DNA of 64,000 nt, from assembly GCA_020137815.1 (NCBI GenBank), contig CM035350.1, positions 7,936,001 to 8,000,000 of the forward strand, written 5' to 3'. This document shows, piece after piece, positions 12,971 through 36,509 of the stretch. The stretch comes from Hormiphora californensis (Eukaryota > Animalia > Ctenophora). Both the position numbers and the translations under genes were made by a program. The stretch's first letter is position 1, and every line of letters starts with the position of its first letter. The notes under the pieces were generated by a model. The model saw only the letters and a program-made list of their open reading frames with translations, was not told where the DNA came from and ran no database searches.

Positions 12971-14068
12971 TCACTGGTCTAGCGTTCTTTCTATAGTCGC
13001 CGTTCTACTTCCGTATGCTCTCGGCATATCAGGCCCGAGCGGCCATGCGGAGTCCACTGGCCAGCTATTGTACGGGTCAGGATTCACATAGTAACCCAGG
13101 TGAGACTGATCTGGGGGTAGGGGTAGCGGATGGGCGATGGCTGAAGGTTCAAAGGCTCTGTAACTTTGGTAATTTGAGAAGGAATGGTGGTTGACTGGTA
13201 CAACGAGAGGGGCCTTTGGGGGGTAGGTTTGGTCGTATTGGGGAACCAGATCGGAGCTGTTCTCGGAAACAAAATCAGCAGGTTCAGCAGGTTCAGCTTT
13301 AGATTTCCTCACGAAGTTGTACCTAGATGAAATAAGTGTTTAAATAGTGTGGTTTAGAAAATATGATGTCCAAGAAACTGTGTTTGGAAACAGGTTAAGT
13401 GTTAGTATTTAGTCAAAAGTAGTGCCAGGTGGAAGACAAAATATATTCTAGCTGGACTAAATATGAGCTAAACAACTGTAAATTATATGTTACCTGGCAG
13501 CGTCTAGCTGATCCTTATCAATTTCCATTAGTTTTTCCTCCAATATCTCGATATACCTAATGGCATCCTTCAAAACCTGCGCTTTACTCTTCTGCTTAGA
13601 GCTACCTCCGTACTGCTTTTCCCATCGGAATAACTGCGAAACAAGGTTGATAAAAATAAGGGGTTATGGGTAGCAGGACCTGAATCAGGTATTGGAAAGA
13701 TTGGGGCATTGGGGACCTGATGAACACAAGATAAAGCATTAGTAAAAACTGAACATTGGCCTAACAGAACGAAGGAGAAAACATGGGCATTGAAAAGATA
13801 TGGGCACTAATTAGTAACTAAGAACTAATCAGTAATTAGCAACTAATCGTAAATCGGTAAACAAAGTACGAACCTTTCCGAGAAACTTGTACAGCTCCCT
13901 TAGTTTCCTCATCCTGTTTTTCTCTCTGATGTTCTTCACTTCGTTTTTCCCGCTGCTTCTCTCTCCGCCGTCAAGAGGGGGCCCACCGGTAGTCATATCG
14001 GTGGAGGGGAGGAGGACCGGGCCAGATGGTGGTCCATGCAGACCTGTTGAAGACCTCTGGTGTGCCAT
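12971..14068 (-). CDS. Divergent class A-like bHLH transcription factor, 3 coding exons
   Basis: Exons ~14068-13874, 13633-13494 and 13322-12971. Basic region/helix 1 is KNIREKNRMRKLRELYKFL and helix 2 is SKAQVLKDAIRYIEILEEKL, followed by a Pro/Tyr-rich tail. The start codon is uncertain. Confidence 0.85.
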
Positions 14069-14602
14069 CTGGCAGAGCTTTGCCAATTAACAGCTACGCA
14101 AATTGCAACCTCTCTAACGACAGATCGACATATGTCTATCACAAAGGCTCTGTATGGGTCTCTTACTACGAAATATGGCATATGGATCACCGTCCGCTTT
14201 CACAGTCAGTATAGTCATCACAATTGGTTATCTGATCCGAACCGTATGGCCACCACGACTGTTGGCTAAGTCACGTGGTCGCTGTTCTTTCTCACTGAAG
14301 GGTGGTGTGTGTTTGGGAAAATTTAAAATAGGCAATTCATCTGCAACAGATGATTTGTGCAACCACAACACCAATTCATGACGCTCCATGTCATTTGTTA
14401 TACTAATTCCTGCCCCTTATTGCTGTTATTCACCCAACACCATTACGCCCTCTTTCTACCTCTATGATAGGAACAGTGGACGTGTTCCCTAATTAGCACT
14501 CCTACAGCAGGTGCACCATGTCCTAACAAATCCATTTAGCTCCCCCTCCTTTAGAGCTGTACTGTAAAATGTCGCCAATTATTCACCACTCCACGCGTCC
14601 AC

Positions 14603-17600
14603 ATGTTGCTACTCTTGCTGCTCAGTCTTACCACTACTGCTGCCTACCACTGCCCAGGAGGAGTGGAGAGGTTCTCCTCCCGGGAGAGTCCGTCCAAGTA
14701 CTATCAGTGCGGCCCTGCTGGATCAGAGGCGACCCTGAAGGAATGTGATGGTAAAGGGCACCTGTTTGATGGGGAATTGGGTGAGTGCGTAGAGCAGCTG
14801 CCTCGGTCTCAGGATGGATATCACAGCAGGGTTGCAATGGGGGAGATCGTGAAATTGGGAAGCTTCTATGATGTTCGGAAGGGGGTCATGTACAATGGAT
14901 TCAACTTCTGGTCTGAGGAAACCATCTCGGCGTGGACATTTGAGAGCGAGGGAGGGTCTTCTAACACCGAGTTTTACGTTGAAAACGATGCCAAGGATAA
15001 AACCCATCATTTTGATATTGGTGCCCAATTAGAGCTGGATTTCCTGGCCGGTCTCCTGGCTGTAAAGGGAAGTGCCCAGTATTTAATGGATAACCAGGCT
15101 ACTAAGAACACTGTTCGGATGGTGATGAAGAGTGAAAGGGTGGACTCTGTTCTCACTCTCGACTCAGGAGCTCCCATGGATTTTAGCGAGTTCTGTGACA
15201 CTCTCTCTCCGACCAGTGGTCCCACCCATCTTGTACTAGAGGTAGTCAGGGGTCAGAGGTCTTACTTTGTTTTTGACAAGGACCTCAACTCTAAGCAGTC
15301 CACTACAGAAATTAAAGGAGAATTGGAGACTGAAATAAAGGGAATTCCGAGCTTTTCTATCAAAGGGAATGCAGTACTCCATGCAAATGGAAGTACAGTG
15401 GACAATATTGAATCGGTGAGTTAGCCATTGTATTTAGCTAATTAAGTAATTAACTGTTATTTATTATTGCGATTATGTGTCAACTGTCAGTTAGTTATTA
15501 TTAGTCAGTGTACCTTGAACTAGTTTTTACTAATATCTCCACCCTTGTTTCAGATTAAACTAAAGTTTTACGGAGATGCCATTCTGGATAGTTTTCCAGT
15601 GAACTACGTCCAGGCTGGCCTTGCTTACCACAATACAGTTAACAACGCACCTCAATACAACCCCATATCTTACAGCCTCGCCCCTCTCTCCTGGTTCTGT
15701 ATGGAAGACAACGCACGGTCCGTCGTGGAATCCATAACACGAAGTCTAGTGGAGGAGGTAACCCGGACTCTCCTGGAGCTCGGCCAGATCCGGACCACTG
15801 TGGATACCCTTCTAGAATCCGATCCAGCCATCCGGTACCAGGCCATCCGAACCCCCCTCACGACATTCAAATCCCAGCTGATGGAGTTCACTAACAACTT
15901 CAGAACGACCGTTGCTACAATGCTACCCCAGCTGAAGGCTGCTGAGATCGAGGAAGGAGTGCTGATCGAGTTCTTGGAGGAATACAGAACCTCTGCATTT
16001 AGGAAGGTCCGATCTGATGTGTTCCTGGCGAAAAGGAAACGAGAAATTGATGCCATTAAAAGTATCGTGTCTGGTGCGATGAACAACCCCGACATTAGTC
16101 TGTCTGATATCTCCGATGCCATTGAGAACGAGTGCATGTTCAAGGGGGAGGTGGGAACAGCATTTGTCCTGAAACTCCTGCCCAACCACGATATCACTGA
16201 GCAATTCCTGGCCGAGGTCGAGGGGGATTGGGTTGAACCCGATGCATGGTTTGAGAGTGATCTTGAGGTCAAGAGGATCGGTGATGTAAAGAGGACCTTT
16301 GAGGGGTATGTGGAGGTAAACAGTGAGGTTGATAAGTCTCATTGCTTCCTTATCAAGCTTCAGATGTCCAAGGAAAACGAGGAGTATGATATAAAACTAT
16401 CCTACGAAGGGCGAGAACTGACGGATAACTTCCTTCCCCCAAGCCCTCCTCCAACCCCCGAGTGTGTGGAAAGGGAGAGTGGCTCTGATTTCTTGGTTCT
16501 CGGGTCAGTTCCCAGTGAAAATCCACTTGTGACAGGCCAGGAGGTGCTGGTGGAACAGTTTACTGAAGAAGGGGACTGTTGCTAGGTCTACTGTGATCGT
16601 CGATAATGATGAGAAGGTGAGGGTGGGAGACCTGCAGCCCCTTGGTCAGTACCGAGTTCAGACACGATACAGAGTAGCTGATGGGCTGGGTATCAGTGGA
16701 ACTTCTCCCTCGCAAATCTGCTCTACTCGGGCATTATCACCCCCACATTTGGTTAGAACTGAAACAGCTGCTGCAACTTCTGTCCGCCTCACTTGGAATA
16801 AGCCTCAAATTGTCCACCACCTTCTTGAGGCATCTCCAGTCACATATCAAGTCACCGTCAAATCTTCTTCCGACCGATTCACACTTCTGCGTACTGTATC
16901 TGATACAACCATGGAAGTTTCTGGACTTGCCCCAAACACACTATACAGCGTGGAGGTGACGGCTAAAATTCAAACCTCCTCTGACCACTATGAGAGTCTA
17001 CCAACAGAGTACCACTTTGCTACCTCCCTCTCAGCTCCTCCTCAGCCTTCAGTGGTCCAGGGAAGTGTGGAGAACCATTCTGCAAAACTGAGGATATCCA
17101 GAAAGAATCTTCCCGAGGCTGTGGAGGGGAAATTTGTCGGTGTGGAGATTACTAAAACTAAATCGAGAGAACGAAGGACCTTCCTTGTTAGCTACAAGCA
17201 GGTTGGTGTTTTTTCAGACTGGCTTGTTATTTTCTAACCACAGTTGTATGTTCTATTCGCAGTTCTAACATAACTTTGTATTCTCCCTAGGAGATTTCCC
17301 TAAATGGTCTGGCGATGGGAACTCAATACTCGGCAAGAGTGCGGATCATGGCCCAGGTAGGGAACACCCTAACCCCATCTGACTACTCCCCTCCCGTTAC
17401 CTTTACAACTACCGAATCCTCGGCAAATGGGCTAGATATTCTGAACGAGGACATAGCCAAACTCCAAAAGCTCATTGAGCAGAAACTAGAAGCCATGGTT
17501 AGGAGAACTGAGGAGGTCCATGAGGCGGTGGAGAGGGCTATAAATAGGACGGAGGAAGTTACAGAGGGCAAGGTGGGGAAACTGGAGAGGGATGCCGGCT

Positions 17601-18838
17601 ATCTGATGGAGAGTCTTGAACAACAAAACAATGGTTAGTGTATCATTATCTCCCTTGTGTCAATGAAACCCCCAAGCAAACACCCCTAAATCACTTTCAT
17701 CCCAAATTTCAGTAACATTCTCTTTTTCCAGTGGCTACAAGGCGGGGCTGTGAGGTGCAGGGTATCTTGTACGGTGATAATGAAGTCCTTGGAAAGAGCT
17801 TTGATGTCGACTCTATGGAGGAGTGCCTGAAGGATTGTGGTGAACACGAGTTCTGTCTCAGTGTTCACTATAGTGTGTCCCAGAGGACCTGTAACATGTA
17901 CAGGGAGGCGTATGGCACCTACATTACCATCAACTACAAGACAGAGGACGCAAGTGCCAACTTGTACTGTGCAAGTAAGTGTTAAATACCTAGTGATGGG
18001 GATCAATTTGACTAATTTAACCGAATATTTCCCGGTTCCACTTGTTCAACAAAGCAAGGTATGATCTCCCCTGCCATTTCCCAGGTACCCAGTCGTCTCA
18101 GGTGGAGAGGAGGGAGAGGTGCTACCAGAAGAACGTTGTGTACTATGAGGCACCTTTTCACATTATCGCTAATTATCCCATTACAAGTGTAGACGAGTGT
18201 GTGGCGATCTGTCGGGAGCGGGAAAAGTGTAGTGCTGTCTCATACTCATCGGGAGAAGAGCAGTGTGCTCTGTATGAATATCCTGTACATGATATGGACT
18301 TTCATTTGGATACCGTCAGTGTCAGCCTGACATGCCTAGGTACTGCACTTCAACAAAGCAACAAACTAACCATCGCAGGCTGCGTCACCAAGGATTAATG
18401 CCACTTACCATTACTGCAGGTGCGAGTAAGGAAGGTATAGAGAGGTGTAAGAAGGAGAAAACGAAGCTAGTTGGTAGCATGGCATCAACAGCCACCACTA
18501 TGAGCTCATTAGAGGACTGTGTTGATTGGTGTACCGGTATCAGATGCCTGTCCTTATCGTACAACACCAAGACTCAGATGTGCATTGGATACGAGAGTAG
18601 AGGGGGTGTCGATGAGGTGGCAGATGACGACACGACTAGTCTCAACATGCATTGTTTGGGTAAGGGGGTGAAGGGGTAGACCAACTTACAAAAGTACCCG
18701 GGTATAACCATTATTTTACAGGGGTGGTGCGAGAGAGGGGCTCTAGCAAGCCAAGTCGAACCTCTCTTGTTGTGGGTGTGTAAGCCCAGATCCGATTTCT
18801 AAAATGCTCCTTCTTTTTCAGGTGTGTCCTCATACTAA
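14603..18838 (+). CDS. Secreted stonustoxin-like protein C (same architecture, more divergent); one +1 frameshift at 16571-16574
   Basis: Exons 14603-15415, 15554-17201, 17291-17633, 17732-17974, 18085-18339, 18420-18659 and 18822-18838. Signal peptide MLLLLLLSLTTTAA. CBM14-like domain with KYYQC...C...LFD....EC. SNTX motifs MGEIVKLGSFYDVRKG, PTHLVLEVVRGQRSYFVFDK and KFYGDAILDSFP. Three FN3, a coiled coil and three PAN exons follow. Confidence 0.88.
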
Positions 18839-18997
18839 TGAAGCGTCGAAGCGAGATTCTGGATATATTGAATGACATGATCTAGGTGAAATGCAAGAAT
18901 TCCCTTTCAAGAGTTCTCAAAACAATCTTTTTATAACCATGTGGTAACTAACCAAGGAAATAAAATAAATCACACATATTATATACATATTAACAAC

Positions 18998-19193
<196 letters not shown>

Positions 19194-19221
19194 CGCGTGC
19201 TCACTGAGTAGTGAGCACTGC

Positions 19222-20456
19222 TCACTCACAGCCAGCTAGAGTTAAAATCCCGATAGAGCGTTCCATTTGACAGTCAATTTATCATGTAATTGTCTATTCT
19301 CCGGAGAGAGGTATTTAAAGTTCCGCTCAGAAACACGGAGAGTATTCCGGATATCCGATACGGCATTTGAAATGTCTATTGACCCCTTGTTTGAGTGGAC
19401 GCTATGCTCTGAGATGGGGTATGTGAGGTAGAATCCTCCCGACGAGGTGCTCTGAGGGAGGTGGCGGTCCCTGGGATGCTCTCAGCCCTGTCCGGGACCG
19501 GGCCGAGGGGGCTGTATAGCTGGTAGACATCCGAGATGAGACACTGGAGCTGGTGGCTGATCGAACTGACGAGGACTCCTGAGAGGAATTCTGCTCCTGT
19601 GGTGGAAAATTGTCATAGTTAGTAGTATAGTAACATCTATACTAGTTACATGATGTAAGTTACTTCAAGACACATTATGTGACTCACAATGATAGAGGAC
19701 GTGTTTTTAATGTCAGGTATTCGTCTCTGTCTGCACCGACTCTCCACCTCCCTCATCCTCGCCACCTCCGCATCATCCATGATGAACCTGTTCTTGAAAA
19801 CATCATCGTAATCACTCTCGTCAGAGTCTTCCGATCGGGCTGGGAGAGGGAACATGTAACTGGGAAATTCACAGAGAGAGAGAGTTTAGTGGGACAAAGT
19901 GGGTAAAGAACAGTGGGGTTCAGGGAATATATTGATGGGTATATAATAGTAGTTTAGGGAGTATCATGGGGTATTAGCTTGGTAAGTTGCTGTATGATTC
20001 GCTATGTCTATATTATATGTGCTGAACAAGAGAGTCTCCATGCATTTCAGGTGCTGTGTTCTCCCAGATCTTTCTTGGGATCGGAGCTGCACTCTATTTG
20101 GGAGGGATCAAATTGTCACACTGTGCTGTTGGGAGATGTGTCGCCATGTGACGTGTATCACAATCTCCGAGGGACTCACGGGATATCGCCGGTAGGACCG
20201 TATGCCGGTTCAATTCAAGGCCTGCAGCCAATACGGATATCTGTCAGTTACTCTGTCTGTTCGTCTGTCACAAAGACATTTAAAGTGTAGTGTGAGGTAT
20301 TTACATGATAGCATCTCTTTGATTTAAGCGAATGATAGAACGCGTACAGAGCGTAAGATAGAGAGGGGAAGAAAGAGTGATCAAAATATTGGCAAGCATC
20401 TTGTACAAGATACCTTCGATTTACACAACATGCAAGAGCGAGAAGGTAGAGAGAGG

Positions 20457-20514
<58 letters not shown>

Positions 20515-20519
20515 AAGAG

Positions 20520-20590
<71 letters not shown>

Positions 20591-22976
20591 ATAGACAGAG
20601 ATTGCACTGCGAACACTATTGCAGCAGATAGTAGTCTTTCAGCATCAGACACACGGACACATGAATGATAGATCAAATAGAGTTGAGGATATCTCACACA
20701 ATATGATGTTAAATGATAAACATTTGAAGAAGAAGGTGTGCTTTAGAGAGATCAACCTCGAATTGGTGGCTTTTTCCCAGTTATGATCCGTTTCTCAAAG
20801 ATAAACCGGCACTTTTGCCTCAACATCTCATGGCGAGCAATGCTCTTCATCACCCTGCCCTGGTCCGCTTTGGATCGGTGGAGCATGGATAGTTCCTCAC
20901 TTTCTCGCACCAGCAGCTTCAGGTACCTCTCCTCTGTTCGAACGGGGGAGGGAGAGATAGTAGGCTAAGAGAGAGAACACAGCAGAAAAAAGGATGCTAT
21001 TACAGTATATCTAGATAATGGCAGCATGGGCTGATGGAATACAGCAGTAAAAAGGCGGGAAGAGAGGGAGAGATAGTGCTGGGAAAGATCAGAAAAAGAG
21101 AGACTGCACAAATATAATAATTTTGTACCTTTTTGTATCAAAGACAGCCTGGACGCTTCTCTTGGATTTCGTTTTCTTTGCATCTCGGTGGCAGGCCTTG
21201 GTAGTCTGATTTTCTGACGACACAATGACAGGAAGTCTGCCAACATGGGAAGTTTCACTGCTACATCTGCTGAGCAATCATTCCCAAGGGCAGGGGTGAA
21301 ATTAACCTGCATGGAAATAAAACTTGATTCACATTTTACACGACGATTCACCAAAATATCAGCACCGAGCAACTCATCATGATTAATCAAAAAAACAGCT
21401 CAAACCTCAAGGAGCCATGGCCTCAGTTTTCTATCCAGAATGACATCAAATCCGTACAGTTCAACACACTGGTTGGCGGTGTCAGGTATTGAGTTGGCCT
21501 GTACCAGGATGGTCAGGGTAACCAGATGTTTGATTCTCTCCCAAACCAACCTATCGTCCACGTTGCACTGCTGGAAATATCCCCGGAGCTGGGCAATAGT
21601 CCACCTAGAGAAATCAGGGATAAAATGATATACAATTATGCATGTTATGGGTGAGGTAGTGGCTTATAGAACCATAAAACTAGTTATCAATGTTGTCTTA
21701 CTTGCAACCAGCGCCAATCCTCTCCTTTTCCACGCTATAACCAGGTCCATTTCGGTTTATGGAGGTATTGGTTAGGTGGGCAAACTTGTTATGAATCATG
21801 CTACCCACATATTTCTCTGTGCTAAACCGGACCAGTCCGTTGTGGTAGATATAGATACGAAGGGGATGGTAGCTGGTTACCACCACATACAGCCGCAGAT
21901 CAAACTTGTACCCACCTGAGGGTTTGTTGTGTAAGTACTGTGAGAGTGATTTGATACCGTGTAATAAACATGATTTGAGACTGGTCTGATATACCTTACT
22001 CTCGTTTTTTAAGAAACGCTTTAGTAAGAAACTTTTTTATAAGAAACTTTTCGAATGTAAATCACACAATTCAGAGACAACACAACAAAATAGAACACCC
22101 CTAACTTGTTTAGTTTTTTGATAAAGGAGAAGTTCTTTTTGTTTTTGGATTGCTTACACCTGTAGTTTCCTAGAAAAAAAGTTTCTTATTTAAAAGTTTC
22201 TTGAAATATGCGAGCTTAATTAACGAGAGTAAGGTAATTTGAGGGGGTTGTGTCTTTTTATGCTCCCGAAAACTTCACATAACAACAAATGCTTTATAAC
22301 TCCTACCGATTAAATAAGGATCCTCAATGTATCGCTGGACAACAGTTGATCCATCATACAGTAAGTCACTCACGGAACTAAACAAGAAAATACCACGACC
22401 CCGAGACAAGTCGGAAGGCTTGCAAATCCAAACCTAAAATAAAATGTATTAGTATCTGGTGATCCTGAGTCAATGTCAAGATAACAATAAACCAACCTGC
22501 TTGCCCTTTTTAGCCTGTATCTTTGTAAAGTAGGATAGGAACTTAGTATAATCGTTTGGTAGGTTGAAAGAAACCGGGAAGAACCCGTACACACTCCCAT
22601 ACACCATTCTCATCCTCTTGAGCCCTCGAGCCAGCGAATCTTTTCTTGTTATCGTGTTGCCCTGCAAAAAAACAAGGAATAAACGAGTTGATATCGGCCA
22701 TGAACTTCAGTGGCCTCACGTAAGCGGTAGGCTCAAGAGACGGAAGGTCTTGGGTAGTGTTGAGTGTACCTTCGGGAAGTGGTTTAGTATTTGCCATCCC
22801 TTAACATTGCGGTAATCAGAAAGAGTAAATCCACACGCTTTCCAGTACAAATTCCAGCTTTCGTGGTTGTTTTTGTCAAGTGATTCAGCGAACTTCTCCT
22901 GTTGTAAAGCCTTCAAAAGGAGTTGTGGTAAACCCTGCTCGGTTTTGTAGAGAAGCCATGGTTGCTTTCTGCTCAT
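19222..22976 (-). CDS. TTLL2: Tubulin polyglutamylase TTLL2-like, about 10 exons
   Basis: Exons 22976-22770, 22661-22497, 22433-22307, 21915-21702, 21604-21406 and 21307-~21129, then less certain 3' exons. TTL-family motifs ILNHFPK, ITRKDSL, WICKPSDLSRGRGIFLF, VQRYI, KFDLRLYV, GLVRFSTEKY, AHLTNTSINR, IGAGCKWT and ELYGFDVILDRKLRPWLLEVN. The LSRGRGI and GCKWT patterns match TTLL2. Confidence 0.88.
20450..20586. repeat. (GA)n microsatellite (intronic)
   Basis: Read directly from the sequence. Confidence 0.95.
21992..22236. mobile_element. Small TA-flanked MITE in a TTLL2 intron
   Basis: Terminal inverted repeats TA-CCTTACTCTCGTT ... AACGAGAGTAAGG-TA. Confidence 0.7.
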
Positions 22977-24149
22977 ATCACGTCACAGTTCATTCTAAAA
23001 GCCAAGTTGTATTTTTTATCTTTAAATCAACAAAAAGAACAACATTTATTTTGTTTTATTATTTCTTTGTAGTCTGTCGTGGATATTTTTCGGCGATTCC
23101 GTCTTCTGCAGATCCGCCGTAGAGTATGTTTTGGGGTACTCTGCGGCGGATAGTCTTTGCCCAACGCTCAGATCTTTAGAATAAACAATAGACATCATCT
23201 AGAACCATGCATTAAGTAAGTTTACTTTTCTAAAGATAGCGATGAAGATGGAAAAACAAGTCGGAGAGATGGAAAATGGTGGGGAAAAGTGGAAAATGTT
23301 GGGGAAAAGTGGAAAACAAAAATTGACGAAAATAAAATCTGGCTCGCATGCGATCACATCATCTCTCCGCGCGGCGTCCACAAACGGATATTTTTATGTA
23401 ACGCGCGAATAATATAGTTTTATCTTCGCCGCGCGTTCCAGTCAAATATATCTTTTAAAATTCGTCAAACTGTAAAATTTTGCAAAAAATTTTGGTCACT
23501 TTTTCGAACTTGGAATGCGCTGCAGCCCCCTCATGCGCGCACCCCCGCAACGAGGGGACTGAAGGGAATGCCGCGCGCGCGTTTGGCCTGAGCTCAGGAC
23601 GGGCCCAGCTGAGTCGAAGATAACTTTGCGAGCGAAAAAACGGCGGTGCTTATAACTTTGGCCCCTGAAGTCCGTTTGACTTGATTCTTTCACTAGCTGT
23701 TAGATCTGACAATTATCTACCTTGCTGTTTTTGAGAGAAGTTAATTGGACTTCAGGAAGCTGAGCAATAACCGTTCAAAAATGGGTTGTTTTCAAAAAGT
23801 GACGTCACGATTTTCCAACGTATGCCAAGTTTCAAATTTGAATTAAAATCTCGAATTTTTTTATTTTACCGCACTCGATTTTGCGGAGTTTGGTTCATAT
23901 CTCCTGTTCCTGATAAGATAGAGACCTGAAACCGGTTGCATTTGAAAGCTGTTATCTTCCTCTTTCCAACGCTACCAAAACGATTTCTGTACCTTATCTG
24001 GAACCGGAGATATGATTGATTATGCATTCCCCCCTAGCGCGGTATTCCCTCCAGGCCCCTTATATTATATTATAAGGGGCCTGCAACGTATGCCAATTTT
24101 CGAACATTTTTTTAATTCTATCTTATTCGGACAGGGGGCACCCATTGCT

Positions 24150-25150
24150 GATTGACGTTCACATATAACGAATCGCTGTCATCTCCATCCTATTGGAACA
24201 ACGATCTCCACAATATCTTTCAAAACTGCTGACTGTAATATTTCCAATCGCGAGTGTGTTCTTTCCTGAGTAGCAGGACTATTGTTAGCAGTATACGCGT
24301 TGTAAATCGGTATATGAATTCTCAGCATGTCATGGATTGTAAAGTGAAAGAAGCTGAACTGCGCATGCAGAAATGCAAGGAGGAACTTGATGAGCATCGG
24401 ATCTCTGTAATTGACCTACAGAAGAAGATTATCGCTCTACAAGACCGCCATCTCGAGTCTGCGTCCAGTTCTGTTGCTAAAATGAAAGCATATTCTACCG
24501 TTTTGAGTCAAAACTGCTCTGTGATCACCCCTAAGGTAGTGAAAAATGCAGCAACCCCTCGGAGCTCAGCGTCTAGCAATGCAGTGGTGGAGCCTGATAG
24601 AGCTAAAAACCTCGTGGTGTTTGGTTTACCTGAGTCTACGACCCGAGTTGATTCAATCTCAGTTAAAGAACTATTCGAAGAGTTAAATGAGAAGCCTGTT
24701 ACTAAATCAATGAAACGAGTCGGCCAAAAACTGGATTCAAGTTCCAAAATGAGACCACTGGTTATCTCTCTGGAGAGCAGAGAATCTATGTTAGCACTTC
24801 TTAGGAAAGCTAAACTCCTGAAACAGTCGGAAAACTTTTCATCTGTATTTTTCTCACCGGATCTAACTCCTGTTCAACAAAAGGAACGAAAACAACTAGT
24901 AGAAACCGTAAAGAGGCTTAGACTGGAAGATCCAAACGGGAAATATTACATTCAAAACGGGATCATTAAAATGGGTTACTAACTCGTTTCGTATGTTTAC
25001 GTAGAACGTTCTTGTGTTTTGGTCTTATAACCACTTTAGGAAGTGTGTGTGTTCGTATAGCGTTGGCTATCAATACGGACACCGTATTATTTACACTAGA
25101 AAGTGGTATGTATATTAAATGCATATATTACATTTACATTTACATTTACT
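24150..25150 (+). mobile_element. ORF1-only LINE-derived element ending in an (ACATTT)n tail
   Basis: ORF1 is followed after ~145 nt by TTACATTTACATTTACATTTAC (~25128-25149), with no ORF2. The 5' boundary is approximate. Confidence 0.55.
24254..24982 (+). CDS. Non-LTR retrotransposon ORF1-like protein (coiled coil + RRM-type, L2/CR1/Jockey-like)
   Basis: An N-terminal heptad region, then NLVVFGLPE, RVG.....RPLVISL, LLRKAKLLK and VFFSPDLTPVQQKERKQL, all typical of LINE ORF1. The first ATG is near 24314. Confidence 0.75.
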   Translation: MCSFLSSRTIVSSIRVVNRYMNSQHVMDCKVKEAELRMQKCKEELDEHRISVIDLQKKIIALQDRHLESASSSVAKMKAYSTVLSQNCSVITPKVVKNAATPRSSASSNAVVEPDRAKNLVVFGLPESTTRVDSISVKELFEELNEKPVTKSMKRVGQKLDSSSKMRPLVISLESRESMLALLRKAKLLKQSENFSSVFFSPDLTPVQQKERKQLVETVKRLRLEDPNGKYYIQNGIIKMGY

Positions 25151-25895
25151 TTCCAGATTCATCATTCATCGAGTCAAAGTGATGGCTGATGCTCATGCAG
25201 AATCGTAAAAAAATCCTGTTTATATCAGATAGATAGTGTTCCCGACATTTTGGAATCCTTATTTCGTCATACATCGCCTGTAAATGAGTAACGAGTTGCC
25301 CATAATTGGTTTGCACATTGTGGACAGAGATGGAGAAATAAAAAATGATATTCACATAGCTGTTACTGTGCTGTTTAATATTATCAGATAGTAGCAGATA
25401 CCTGACGCTATAATTTGTTTTAGTTATTATATTCCTCTCTCTCTTTCTCTCTCCGTTGTGAATTTGTGTAAATACCGCGATGGGATGCTAATCACTATCC
25501 TGTTTCTAAAGCAGGCACATCAATTACTCTTTTTATGCCGCTAAATCTCCCTTCGTTTCCGCTCTATGAGACACTAAGTAGGGTATATATTGCCAGCGGG
25601 CTCCCTATGTCTCCGGATCCATCTGTGACTGTAGACCGCATTTTCCAACAATTAGAGCAAGATCAGAACATAATTCCTTCTTCTTAATAGCTCATTACAG
25701 TAGTTTACATTAGTTCTGCTTGTTGTACTTTAAAGGAGGAGAAGAGCTGCTGCAGGACCTAGCTCTGCTTAGTACCAGGCATTCTTCATAGATAAGAAGT
25801 GCGTCACAAAAGTGCGTGTGTGTGTGTATGTGTCTAATTACCTTGTTCCATCGACTACTAGGAATATGGCACTTTGAAGCCGAGAAAGGATTATC

Positions 25896-36509
<10,614 letters not shown>

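Noticed and set aside
3088-18838. Bacterial contamination or recent horizontal transfer of the toxin genes
   Set aside because: They have spliceosomal introns, animal-type PAN and CBM14 modules, and are interleaved with animal genes.
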